Source: Coleofasciculus sp. B1-GNL1-01 (lineage in GTDB: Bacteria; Cyanobacteriota; Cyanobacteriia; Cyanobacteriales; Coleofasciculaceae). From it: a DNA stretch of 64,000 bases. The notes under the pieces were generated by a model. That model was not told the DNA's origin. It worked only from the letters and a program-made list of their open reading frames with translations, and searched no databases. Location of the stretch: NCBI GenBank assembly GCA_040220235.1, contig JAVJTO010000109.1. One strand, 5' to 3'. The position numbers were made by a program, and so were the translations under genes. Below, in pieces: positions 53,114-62,129 of this stretch; the first letter of the stretch is position 1; each line of letters starts with the position of its first letter.

Positions 53114-53851
53114 TCAATCATTTTCGCTGTGAATCAGGTGGGTAACTTCACTTTCTAACCATTGTCCAAATAGGCGATTGAGAATTTCTTGAGACCGTTC
53201 AGGGGTTAATTGGGCGGGGATAAACTCTTCTACTCGTAACAGATGATAACCGAGATCAGTTTTAATTGGACCGACTACCTCGCCAATAGGTGCTGAAAAG
53301 ACTGCCGATGCCATTTCCGGCTTTAACCGCCAGCGGTAAACTTTTCCTTCATAACCGCACCGACGCTTGCGTTCTGGGTCAATATCGTAAAGGTGGGCTG
53401 CCTCATAAAAGCTAATTTCCCCTTCTTCAATTTCATAGAAAAGTTCTCGCGCCAAGGGTTCAGAGGCAAGAATCAGTTGATAGAGCAAAATTTGCTCATA
53501 GTCTAATCGATTTTGAGTAAAAAACTTTTCTACCTCGTTGCCAAACAAACAATCGGCTAATTTCTGGGTCAGCAAGCGCAGACGAATTCCTGCTTCCCAA
53601 TCATCAGGTGTTATCCTCTGATCCGCCAACCAAGCCAAGGTGTCAGCCGCCTTTTCCAAGTGCATTGCCTGACGTTGCTTATCTGCCTCCGCCTGAATTT
53701 CTTCTGGCGTGACGACTATGCCTCGTTCCTGAGTCGCTCGCTCAATGACTCGTTGCGACCAAATCTGATGACAGACTTTTTTATACTGTATGTCTTGTTT
53801 GAGAAACTCAACAATTTCTTCTGACTCAACGGACGCGCCTGTATCCACCAT
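53114..53851 (-). CDS. PpiC/parvulin-type peptidyl-prolyl isomerase of the kind found with cyanobacterial C39/T1SS loci
   Basis: EEIQAEAD, SFYEAAHLYDID, GYEG, VVGPIKTDLGYHL; its ATG overlaps the upstream TAA (TAATG). Confidence 0.85.
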   Translation of the reverse strand: MVDTGASVESEEIVEFLKQDIQYKKVCHQIWSQRVIERATQERGIVVTPEEIQAEADKQRQAMHLEKAADTLAWLADQRITPDDWEAGIRLRLLTQKLADCLFGNEVEKFFTQNRLDYEQILLYQLILASEPLARELFYEIEEGEISFYEAAHLYDIDPERKRRCGYEGKVYRWRLKPEMASAVFSAPIGEVVGPIKTDLGYHLLRVEEFIPAQLTPERSQEILNRLFGQWLESEVTHLIHSEND

Positions 53852-54564
53852 TATCGATTGATTGGAACTCTCCTTAAACCTAACCCTGGGAAAACTCGGC
53901 TAGGTACACCGACAACCCTGTAGGAAATATTACTATCTTTTTGGACAAAGCTGGATGCGGAAAAAATGCTGATAAATGTAGTTGCAGGATTGTTGATGCT
54001 GGGGTTCGGTAGGATTACTCTCACCCTGGGGGAAGAGGGTGCAATAGAAGCCGGGGGAGCGCTTGTCGGGTTAGCGGTGACACTGGGGGAAAACCCTGGC
54101 TGATTATTAACTGCTGGAGACAAAGGAGTTGTTGTCCCAGGACTAGGACTACTGAGGGAACTGGGAGCAACGGTAGTGGTTGCTGGCGGCGGAGTATTCA
54201 CGGAGGTATTGGCTGAAGTGCTACCCCCACTGGAAGTAGCCCCGGGCGTAAACGTTGCTCCAGGATTAGGACTACTCAAAAAATCTGTGAAAACATTAGC
54301 ACTGGTTGTCGGCGGAGCATTCGTGGAGGCACTAGCGGAACTGCTACCACCACTGACGGTAGCACCAGGTACAAAAATCGTCTGACTACTGCTACTGGTG
54401 CCTGTGGGTGAGGTGGCTGTTGCACTGCTGGTTGCACCTGCACCCTGGGAATTCACGAATGCGCTACTCGAAGCACCTGCGCTAACTATTTGAGCTAGGC
54501 AGGGCGAAGTAACTGCTAAAGTGCTAATTAAGCTGATTAATATCAAATATAATTTGGTCATCAT
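53851..54564 (-). CDS. Secreted Ser/Ala/Thr/Pro-rich protein
   Basis: Sec signal (..SPCLA), internal repeat F.PGAT.SGGS.SA..S.N.PP, C-terminal SRVFPGL. Confidence 0.75.
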   Translation of the reverse strand: MMTKLYLILISLISTLAVTSPCLAQIVSAGASSSAFVNSQGAGATSSATATSPTGTSSSSQTIFVPGATVSGGSSSASASTNAPPTTSANVFTDFLSSPNPGATFTPGATSSGGSTSANTSVNTPPPATTTVAPSSLSSPSPGTTTPLSPAVNNQPGFSPSVTANPTSAPPASIAPSSPRVRVILPNPSINNPATTFISIFSASSFVQKDSNISYRVVGVPSRVFPGLGLRRVPINR

Positions 54565-54588
54565 TGGTGAACCAGTCCTTCCTTAACA

Positions 54589-54846
54589 CTAGGGAACTCT
54601 GATTAAATAAAAATTGCTAGCACTACTGGTGATGCCTCCAGGCATGAACATTGTAAGGCGACTGTTACTGTGTTCTATAACAGAAGAGGCTGTCCCATTG
54701 CTGTTAGCACCTGCCCCGTAGAAATTCACGTAGGAACTACTAGAAGCGCCTGCACTAATAATTGCCGCTGGAGCAGAAGGAGCAATAGCAATCACGAAGC
54801 TCCCGATTACACAAATACAAAAAGCGTAGTTTGTTGATTTAGCCAT
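54589..54846 (-). CDS. Short secreted paralog of the N-terminus of 53851-54564
   Basis: AIISAGASSSSYVNFYGAGANS..MFMPG aligns with QIVSAGASSSAFVNSQGAGATS..IFVPG. Confidence 0.65.
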   Translation of the reverse strand: MAKSTNYAFCICVIGSFVIAIAPSAPAAIISAGASSSSYVNFYGAGANSNGTASSVIEHSNSRLTMFMPGGITSSASNFYLIRVP

Positions 54847-55107
54847 ATTGATTTCCTATTAAGGCTTTTTGGGTTTTTCAATAAGTTAATAGAAATAGAA
54901 CTGAACTACGTCCTATTCTGTCAGTATTAATTAACCCCTTACAAAGGACGCTCTTTACCGTTAATTTTCACCCATGAGACCTACTTATTTTAACCAAATT
55001 TGAAAATTATAAGCGTCCAAATCATGAAATCAGGACGCCATAACCTCCAAAAAATTATACACTAAATGGAATAGTTTATATGTTGCCATTGACTTCTTTT
55101 CCAATTC

Positions 55108-55142
55108 GGGAGCTACTCATAAAACCTTTATGAGTAGCTCCC
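55108..55142 (-). terminator. Hairpin downstream of small protein 1
   Basis: Perfect 16-bp stem gggagctactcataaa / tttatgagtagctccc. Confidence 0.75.
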
Positions 55143-55149
55143 ATTGGCT

Positions 55150-55458
55150 TTAATAGTAGTAGCCATCAGTTTGAGACAGAGAGGTTGCACCTGCTGAAGA
55201 GAAGTAAGGATCGGTATAACTGAAGGAAAAGGCTTCAGCGTTAGTGTGAGAACCACTAGCAGAAGCATCACCTTCAGCAAAGGCACTGTTTCCACGCACA
55301 GAGGAGTAGGTGTTTAGATACTTGGATACATAAACATCTTCATAGAAGTCAATGTAGACATCCTTGTTGATGTAGGTATACTGGTTTAAACTACCACGAC
55401 CGACGACTTTATTGTCTTCATTAACGACTTCTAGGTGATTCAGGTCAGAAATATTCAT
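55150..55458 (-). CDS. Small leader-bearing exported protein, copy 1 (candidate C39 substrate)
   Basis: [30 protein letters not shown] leader, Tyr/Ser/Ala-rich core. Confidence 0.85.
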   Translation of the reverse strand: MNISDLNHLEVVNEDNKVVGRGSLNQYTYINKDVYIDFYEDVYVSKYLNTYSSVRGNSAFAEGDASASGSHTNAEAFSFSYTDPYFSSAGATSLSQTDGYYY

Positions 55459-55543
55459 GGTTTTTCTCCTTTTTGGCAATCAAGTTATTTCAGTTTTCTG
55501 GGTTTTTGCTGTTGGATTTGGCAAAACATCAAACGGTTCATTT

Positions 55544-55584
55544 GAGAGCTACTGGTTCCTACTCTACTTGGACTAGTAGCTCTC
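55544..55584 (-). terminator. Hairpin between the two small-protein genes
   Basis: gagagctactgg / ctagtagctctc stem, homologous to the 55108 hairpin. Confidence 0.65.
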
Positions 55585-55591
55585 CTTAGCT

Positions 55592-55909
55592 TCAGTAGCA
55601 GTAGTAGCAGTAGCTATCACTTTGAGACAGAGAGGTTGCACCTGCTGAAGAGAAGTAGGGATCAGTATAGGTGAAAGAAAAAGCTTCAGCATTAGTGTGA
55701 GGACCGCTAGCAGAAGCATCACCTTCAGCAAAGGCACTGTTTCCACGCACAGAGGAGTAAGTGTAGAGATTCTTGTACACATCAACATCTTCATAGAAGT
55801 CAATGTCAACGTCTTTGTAAATATCGGTATACTGGTTTAAACTACCACGACCGACGACTTTATTGTCTTCATTAACGACTTCTAGGTGATTCAGGTCAGA
55901 AATATTCAT
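55592..55909 (-). CDS. Small leader-bearing exported protein, copy 2 (candidate C39 substrate)
   Basis: Identical leader and RBS 451 bp from copy 1; ends SYCYYCY. Confidence 0.85.
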   Translation of the reverse strand: MNISDLNHLEVVNEDNKVVGRGSLNQYTDIYKDVDIDFYEDVDVYKNLYTYSSVRGNSAFAEGDASASGPHTNAEAFSFTYTDPYFSSAGATSLSQSDSYCYYCY

Positions 55910-56721
55910 GGTTTTTCTCCTTTGTGCAAGTTTATTGATTTCAGCGTTATTTGTTTTTTGCTGTTGTATTCAATATAGCTTGTGCAAATTTAAAATACAA
56001 GGTTTTTTCAACTAATTACTGCCAAATTGGCAGAGCAATAAAAACACGACTTTGGAGAAGTATTTTGTGTAAAAATAGACATGAAAATCCTCCTAATTCT
56101 TAGAGTTTTAGAATTAGGATTGCTCGGTGATGGGCTTTTATATAAAATCTGTTGCTTGACAGCAATTCCTCGATTAGTTAGGTCTAGCTATGCCTCATAC
56201 TATAAAGCCTTTCTAGCTTTGAGGATTGACTTCATCTACTCGAGAACCGCTATAAACGGAGTACAACTTGATTAATGTCGCTTCCGCTGGGACATCGGTC
56301 ATTGCTCATTATTAGGACAGTGACTCTTGTTTACCCTTCAATACAGAAGCCAACAATTTTGATATTACACTATCTTCAATGATAAAAACCCATTAAATTA
56401 AGTCCATGCTGCCATTTTGGCAGCAGGATTTTTATTCTTTTCTAGAGAAACTAAAATGTGAATGATTCACTATTACTAAAAAAAGACAACCCCTTTTTTT
56501 AAAGCTTTGATGAAGATTGCCTTTTTCAATATGAAGATTCAGTAAAGCCGATGCCAAAACTTGCTGGGAAAACAACTCCCCATACCCAGTTGCTGTTGAA
56601 GATGTGATTGAGTAACCAGAAGAACGCCGGAATATTCCCTATATATATAGGACAAATAATAGCTGTAGGGACACGGCATTGCCGTGCCCCTACGATTACG
56701 ATAAGGAAGGTATAGTGAATC

Positions 56722-57180
56722 CTAACCCAACCCAGTCAAGCGGTTAAACAGAGACGATACGCCTGAAAACCAATCATCCGAAGGCGCTACAGAATCTGGG
56801 ATACAGTCTTCTGACTCAATTGCTGGCAACCCCTGTAGGTTATAGCCGCCTTTCATCGATAGCGTTTTGTGATCAACGACTTCTAAGTGATTCAGGTCAG
56901 CGATTTTGCAGGAGGACTTTCTGGTTGGTTGTCCTGGGTTCCCAGAGGTGTCCCCACTCTGAAGATTCTCTTGAGGCTTCTGGGAACTATGTTCTTTCCT
57001 CAATCGGTTGTAGGTACGGTAAGGAATATAGTATTGGGGATTGTGACCCGCAAAACGCAGCAGCAAAACACAAGCCCACGAATACTTCCCTTGGCGAATG
57101 GCGTCTATTATCTGCTCGAACTGTTCGGGATCGAGGGTTTTCTCACGTTTGGCATTGATCGTTGGCATGTTATACGTCAT
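56722..57180 (-). CDS. HetP-family protein with an internal leader-like motif
   Basis: [40 protein letters not shown]etP domain; [11 protein letters not shown]...KGG further downstream. Confidence 0.85.
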   Translation of the reverse strand: MTYNMPTINAKREKTLDPEQFEQIIDAIRQGKYSWACVLLLRFAGHNPQYYIPYRTYNRLRKEHSSQKPQENLQSGDTSGNPGQPTRKSSCKIADLNHLEVVDHKTLSMKGGYNLQGLPAIESEDCIPDSVAPSDDWFSGVSSLFNRLTGLG

Positions 57181-57218
57181 GTCTATCCTTCTCTAAACTC
57201 AACAACATTTATCGACAA

Positions 57219-58775
57219 TTAAAGACTGATGCCACCTTCTTGCAGCTCCCGGAAGGGTTCCAGTAAGATATCGGCAATGCGGCGGCGGCGGATAATAATC
57301 TCAGCCGTGGCAGTTTGACCTGCCTTAAACTCAATCTGATGACCACCTTCGGTAACATGATTGCGGTCTAGCTCAACTTCGACGTGATAAACGACACCGA
57401 ATTGTTCGTCGGCTTTACTGTCAGGAGAGATGTAGGTAACTTCGCCCGTCACGATGCCGTAATCTTGATAGGGGTAAGCATCAAACTTGACCTTCACGGG
57501 CATACCCACCTTAATGAAACCAGCATCATGGTTGGGTAAACTGGCTGAAAGTACCAACGGCTCACCTTTGGGTGCTATTTCCGCAACGGTTTGGCTGGGT
57601 TGCACCACCTCACCACTATGGCTAACGCTGAGGGATGAAACCACCCCATCCACCGGTGCATAGAGAAATTGCTGGTTGAGTTGAGCTTTAGCCCTAACTA
57701 GCTGATTTTTATTGTCCGCAATCTTGGCTTTGAGTTGGGTCAACTCCATTTCCAGTTGCTGTATTCGCTCCTGTGCTTCAATCTGACTGCGGCGTACCTC
57801 GGTTTGTTTTTGAGCCAATCCTGCCTGAAGTTGGTCAATTTCTGCCAAGGTCTGTTGTAACTCACCTTGAGCTTGAATCATCTGTAAGTCCAAATCGCGC
57901 AAGGTTTGCTGTGCCTGAAATAGCTGCTCCTGAGTACTCGTCCCCTCTTGCAGTTGACTTTGGATAATCGCACTTTGGCTGGCACGCAGACTTTGTTCAG
58001 CTTGAAACACCATTTCTGAAGAAATTGCCCCTTCTTCCAAGAGGGGTTTGAGGGTTTTGAGTCGTTCAGCTTGAGCTTCTGCTTCCGCTTGCCGTCGGGC
58101 AAAGAGTTCATCGGCATGAGCAGTTAGAGGTTGCAGCCGTTGTTGTCTTTTTTGGTGGAACGCCTTTTCTGTGTGCAATTGCGGCAATTTCTGCTTTAAC
58201 ACGGTGATCTTTGCCTTAGCTTGAGCCAGGGCAGCTTGTTGGGCTTGCACCTCTGCCTGGGCAATGCGTTGGCGGGTTTGAGCCTCCAGACGGGTTCTCT
58301 CTATCAGTTCTTTTTCTTGGGTTAATTCGGTTTGCTGGGAATTGAGCAGTTGCTCTAAGCGCTTAACCTCTGTTACGGCAAGTTCGGTATCCAATTCCAC
58401 TAAAACTTGCCCAGCTTTAATTAACTCCCCTTCTTCAACTTCAATATCGACAATCTTGCCAGACTGAACCGAGTGAATTTTATAGACATTGCCTTTTGGC
58501 ACTAATCGTCCATGGGCTTTACCCACTTCATCAATGTGACCAAAGGTTGCCCAGGCACCAAATGCGATACAGAAGGCTAACCCGCCCACCATCAGTCGCT
58601 GGGGAAACCCGGCTGGCGGCTGGTCAAGCATCGTCTGTAAAGCCGTTGACCATTTGACCGTCGGTGTTGAAGGTTCTGGAGATTTCTGCTCATTGGGTTG
58701 CACTGAGGTGGCTGTACCTCCATAAATTGATGCAGCCTGAGACGGTGACAGTATTGACACAGTTGTTTTTTGCAT
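57219..58775 (-). CDS. HlyD-family membrane fusion protein
   Basis: Single TM, long coiled coil, APVDGVV, KVKFDAYPYQDYG, GQTATAEI. Confidence 0.95.
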   Translation of the reverse strand: MQKTTVSILSPSQAASIYGGTATSVQPNEQKSPEPSTPTVKWSTALQTMLDQPPAGFPQRLMVGGLAFCIAFGAWATFGHIDEVGKAHGRLVPKGNVYKIHSVQSGKIVDIEVEEGELIKAGQVLVELDTELAVTEVKRLEQLLNSQQTELTQEKELIERTRLEAQTRQRIAQAEVQAQQAALAQAKAKITVLKQKLPQLHTEKAFHQKRQQRLQPLTAHADELFARRQAEAEAQAERLKTLKPLLEEGAISSEMVFQAEQSLRASQSAIIQSQLQEGTSTQEQLFQAQQTLRDLDLQMIQAQGELQQTLAEIDQLQAGLAQKQTEVRRSQIEAQERIQQLEMELTQLKAKIADNKNQLVRAKAQLNQQFLYAPVDGVVSSLSVSHSGEVVQPSQTVAEIAPKGEPLVLSASLPNHDAGFIKVGMPVKVKFDAYPYQDYGIVTGEVTYISPDSKADEQFGVVYHVEVELDRNHVTEGGHQIEFKAGQTATAEIIIRRRRIADILLEPFRELQEGGISL

Positions 58776-58865
58776 AACTGTTACATCCTAGATGTGGTCA
58801 GTTGGGAAACGCTAATATTCTGTGGATATGAACCGATAACATTTCTGGTCAGAATTCAGACCACT

Positions 58866-61800
58866 TTAAAGATCCAACTGCTGCTGTGCTAGATGGTAGT
58901 AAAGACCTTGAAGTGCCATTAATTCCTGATGAGTCCCCTGTTCCACGAGAATGCCTCGGTCTAGCACTAAGATGCGGTTGGCATTCCGCACAGTGGAGAG
59001 GCGATGAGCAATAATAAAGGTGGTGCGATCGCGGCTAATCCGGGCTAGATTGTCTTGAAAGCGTCGCTCTGACTCAGTATCCAAGGAACTTGTCGCTTCA
59101 TCCAGAATCAAAATCCGGGGGTTCCCCAACAAAGCACGAGCAATGGCAATTCGCTGCCGCTGTCCCCCGGAAAGCGTCGAACCCCGCTCTCCGACTTTGG
59201 TGTTGTATCCCAAGGGCAAGGCTTGAATAAACGCATGGGCTTCTGCCAACTTAGCCACTTCAATCACTTGCTCCAGAGTAAATTCCGGTCGATAGAGGCT
59301 AATATTTTCTAAAATCGTACCGGAGAAGAGGAAACAGTCTTGGGGAACCACGCCGAGTTGAGAACGTAACGATTGGGGCGAAACATGGCGAATATCGTGA
59401 CCATCAATCGTGATTCGCCCAGAGGTGGGGTGATAAAGTCCTTGCAGCAGTTTCACCAACGTACTCTTACCCGAACCACTGCGTCCCACCAAGGCAATGG
59501 TTTCCCCAGCCTGAACCTCTAAGCTAATATTTTCCAGGGTATTGTGTTCCTCTTGTTCACCATAACGGAACGTCACATTTTCCAAGGTCACATCCCCCCG
59601 GATTTGGGGTAGCGTCAGCATGGGTTCTTGAGGATGTTCCTCCGGCTGGGTGCCAAAGACATCGTTGAGCCGTTCCACAGACACCAGGATTTCTTGGAAT
59701 CGATCCCACAGGGCGACCAGAGACAAAATCGGACTCGTCACTTTGCCGATGAGCATGTTGAAGGCGACAAACTGACCAATGGTAAGCTGATCCTGAATTA
59801 CCAATGTCGCTCCGTACCACAGTAATGCCGTGCTGCCGAGGGTATTAAACAAACCACTCACTGCCTGCAAGCCATTACTCAGATGGAAGGCTTTAAACTG
59901 GGTATTTAACTGACTGGTGAAACGGTCTTCCCAGCGCCAGCGCACCTCTTGTTCGGCGGCGGTAGATTTAACGGTTGCTACCCCTGTCATCATTTCCACC
60001 AACAAGGAATTTTGCGCCGCGACTTCCTTAAACACTTCCCGCGACTTCTGACGCAGAAACGGACTGGCGACCACTGTTAAGATCGCGATCGGCGGAATCG
60101 TGGCTAGCACCAGCAGGGTAAGCTGCCAGTTGTAGTAGAACATTAATCCCGCATAGACAAACACCATCAACACATCCAGCCAAGTACCAATGACTTGCTG
60201 AGTCAGGAACGCCTTAATTTTGCTGGTTTCCTGAACCCGGGTGATGATGTCCCCTACCTGACGGGATTCAAAAAACTTCAGGGGTAAGCTCAGGGTATGG
60301 TTAATGAAACCACTGATAAACGTGAGACTCAAACGATTGGAATAATAGAACAGCAGGTATCGTCGGGTGACACCGATGCCAATACTCCAAACGCCAAAAA
60401 TAACCAGTCCAATGGCAAAAACCTGTAGCGTGATTAAGCTTTTGTTGACCACCACCCGGTCGAGGATAATTTGGGTAAACAGGGGGGTAATCAGACCAAA
60501 AACCTGGAGCAGCAATGACGCCAGGATAATCTGCAACAGGATAGAACGATGGGGCCACAGCAACCCCCAAAAGCGTTTCAGAGAGCGCTTTTCCTCGGGG
60601 GCGGCTGCCAGTTGGGCGGTTGGCTCTAACAGGAGTGCATATCCTGTCCAATTTGTCAAAAACTCTTGCCGGGGAACCAAGCGCTTGCCCATCGCCGGAT
60701 CAGCCATGAGAACGCGATCGCCCTTCACCCGGTAAACGACGACATAGTGATCTCCCTGCCAGTGGGCAATCCAGGGATTTTTCTGCTGTTGCAGGCGACT
60801 CAAGGACGCCCGCACCGGCGTGGCTTTAAATCCCAAGGTTTGGGCAGCTTTGGTTAATCCTTTGAGCGAAGCCCCTGCTCGCCCCACGTCGGCTAACTCC
60901 CGCAGGGAGTTGAGACTAAACCGTTTCCCCCAATACCGCCCAATCATCGCCAAGCAAGTCGGTCCACAGTCTGAGGAACTCTGCTGCTGAATGAAAGGGT
61001 AACCGCGCCAAAACTGTCGTCCCCGATAACGTCCCGTTGTCGGTTGAGGAAAGGCGATGGGTTGGGTATCAGGGGACTCAAAAGAGGCGGGTTCAGGCTG
61101 GGGTTGGGGAACAGGGAGAGCCTGAGTCCGAGTTTTCTGAACCAAGCTTCTCGACGTTTTCGATTTTAGAGATGGATTGGGTTTGCTGCCATTGGTTGAC
61201 TCGGGCTGAGCCTGGGCTAACACTGGAACAATCCCTTGGGCGGCTTGCCAATGTTCTAGGGGCAACCAGTAAACGGATAAATCAGTTTGGGCAACCCAAT
61301 CCGTTGGTATAGGTTGTGGATGTCCCCAGCTTTCGCCGATAGTCGGGGGGAGACGGTGAGCATTAGATTCTGCTCCCTGACGTTCAATTTCACCCCCATG
61401 TAGCCAGAAGTGACCGGGTTGTTCTGTTGCTACATCCGCTAATGACTCACCTGCCCGAATCTGAATTTCTTCTATATAAGGAAGGAGTTGCTCGATCGCT
61501 AAATGACTTTGCGATCGCAGTTGGGTTAATGTCTTCCAGAAAATCAGGCGCTGCCTGTTTTGTGCTTGTTGTCGCCAGTGCGCTTCTAGCTCAGGGAACC
61601 GTTCTAACCAGGGTTGGAGTTGATCAAAGCGAATGCGAGCTATCCACCCTTCACTCGCCGCGATCGCTCGGTAAGGTAACGATTCATTGCACAACTGTTG
61701 ATCAGCCCCCAATGAGTCTCCGGGTGTCTCAAGTACCTCAGCCGAAACCTCCCGCCCCTTAGAGGGATCAAAACCTAACAACCTGACCCGCCCTTGACCG

Positions 61801-62129
61801 ATAATATGTAGATATGTATCGGAATATGTGCTATTATGTTCTGTGTGAACAGAATGTTGCGGGTTGGGTTGTTGTATAATATTACTTAACAGTTCAAAAC
61901 CAAGCTGGAGTTCGGAAAATTCAAAAGATTGGCTCAACTCTAGGGCAGTTGTGGAGTCGAGTAAGCCTTGGCTTAACTGCTGAAGCACACAGCCGAAGAT
62001 TTCGTCTAGTCCTTGGTAAGGAGAACTTAACGGGGTAGGATATTTCGTTAGTCCACCTGATACATTTTTCATGGACGCACACCTAAGATTGTCTAGTTCT
62101 AAGATCTGGTCAAACCAGAAAATTTTCAC
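58866..62129 (-). CDS. Peptidase C39-domain ABC transporter with N-terminal cNMP-like region (HetC/HlyB-like)
   Basis: QQSSSDCG (Cys), WQGDHYVV (His), ADP (Asp), TM domain, GRSGSGKST, LSGGQRQR. ATG 62072 is an alternative start. Confidence 0.95.
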   Translation of the reverse strand: MKIFWFDQILELDNLRCASMKNVSGGLTKYPTPLSSPYQGLDEIFGCVLQQLSQGLLDSTTALELSQSFEFSELQLGFELLSNIIQQPNPQHSVHTEHNSTYSDTYLHIIGQGRVRLLGFDPSKGREVSAEVLETPGDSLGADQQLCNESLPYRAIAASEGWIARIRFDQLQPWLERFPELEAHWRQQAQNRQRLIFWKTLTQLRSQSHLAIEQLLPYIEEIQIRAGESLADVATEQPGHFWLHGGEIERQGAESNAHRLPPTIGESWGHPQPIPTDWVAQTDLSVYWLPLEHWQAAQGIVPVLAQAQPESTNGSKPNPSLKSKTSRSLVQKTRTQALPVPQPQPEPASFESPDTQPIAFPQPTTGRYRGRQFWRGYPFIQQQSSSDCGPTCLAMIGRYWGKRFSLNSLRELADVGRAGASLKGLTKAAQTLGFKATPVRASLSRLQQQKNPWIAHWQGDHYVVVYRVKGDRVLMADPAMGKRLVPRQEFLTNWTGYALLLEPTAQLAAAPEEKRSLKRFWGLLWPHRSILLQIILASLLLQVFGLITPLFTQIILDRVVVNKSLITLQVFAIGLVIFGVWSIGIGVTRRYLLFYYSNRLSLTFISGFINHTLSLPLKFFESRQVGDIITRVQETSKIKAFLTQQVIGTWLDVLMVFVYAGLMFYYNWQLTLLVLATIPPIAILTVVASPFLRQKSREVFKEVAAQNSLLVEMMTGVATVKSTAAEQEVRWRWEDRFTSQLNTQFKAFHLSNGLQAVSGLFNTLGSTALLWYGATLVIQDQLTIGQFVAFNMLIGKVTSPILSLVALWDRFQEILVSVERLNDVFGTQPEEHPQEPMLTLPQIRGDVTLENVTFRYGEQEEHNTLENISLEVQAGETIALVGRSGSGKSTLVKLLQGLYHPTSGRITIDGHDIRHVSPQSLRSQLGVVPQDCFLFSGTILENISLYRPEFTLEQVIEVAKLAEAHAFIQALPLGYNTKVGERGSTLSGGQRQRIAIARALLGNPRILILDEATSSLDTESERRFQDNLARISRDRTTFIIAHRLSTVRNANRILVLDRGILVEQGTHQELMALQGLYYHLAQQQLDL

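Noticed and set aside
55150..55909. Lanthipeptide or cyanobactin precursors
   Set aside because: No modifying enzymes nearby, no Nif11/NHLP leader, and Cys is absent from one copy.
62050..62129. SMKNVSGG at the transporter N-terminus as a self-cleaved GG leader
   Set aside because: The start codon is uncertain and the DLNHLEVV motif is missing; too weak.
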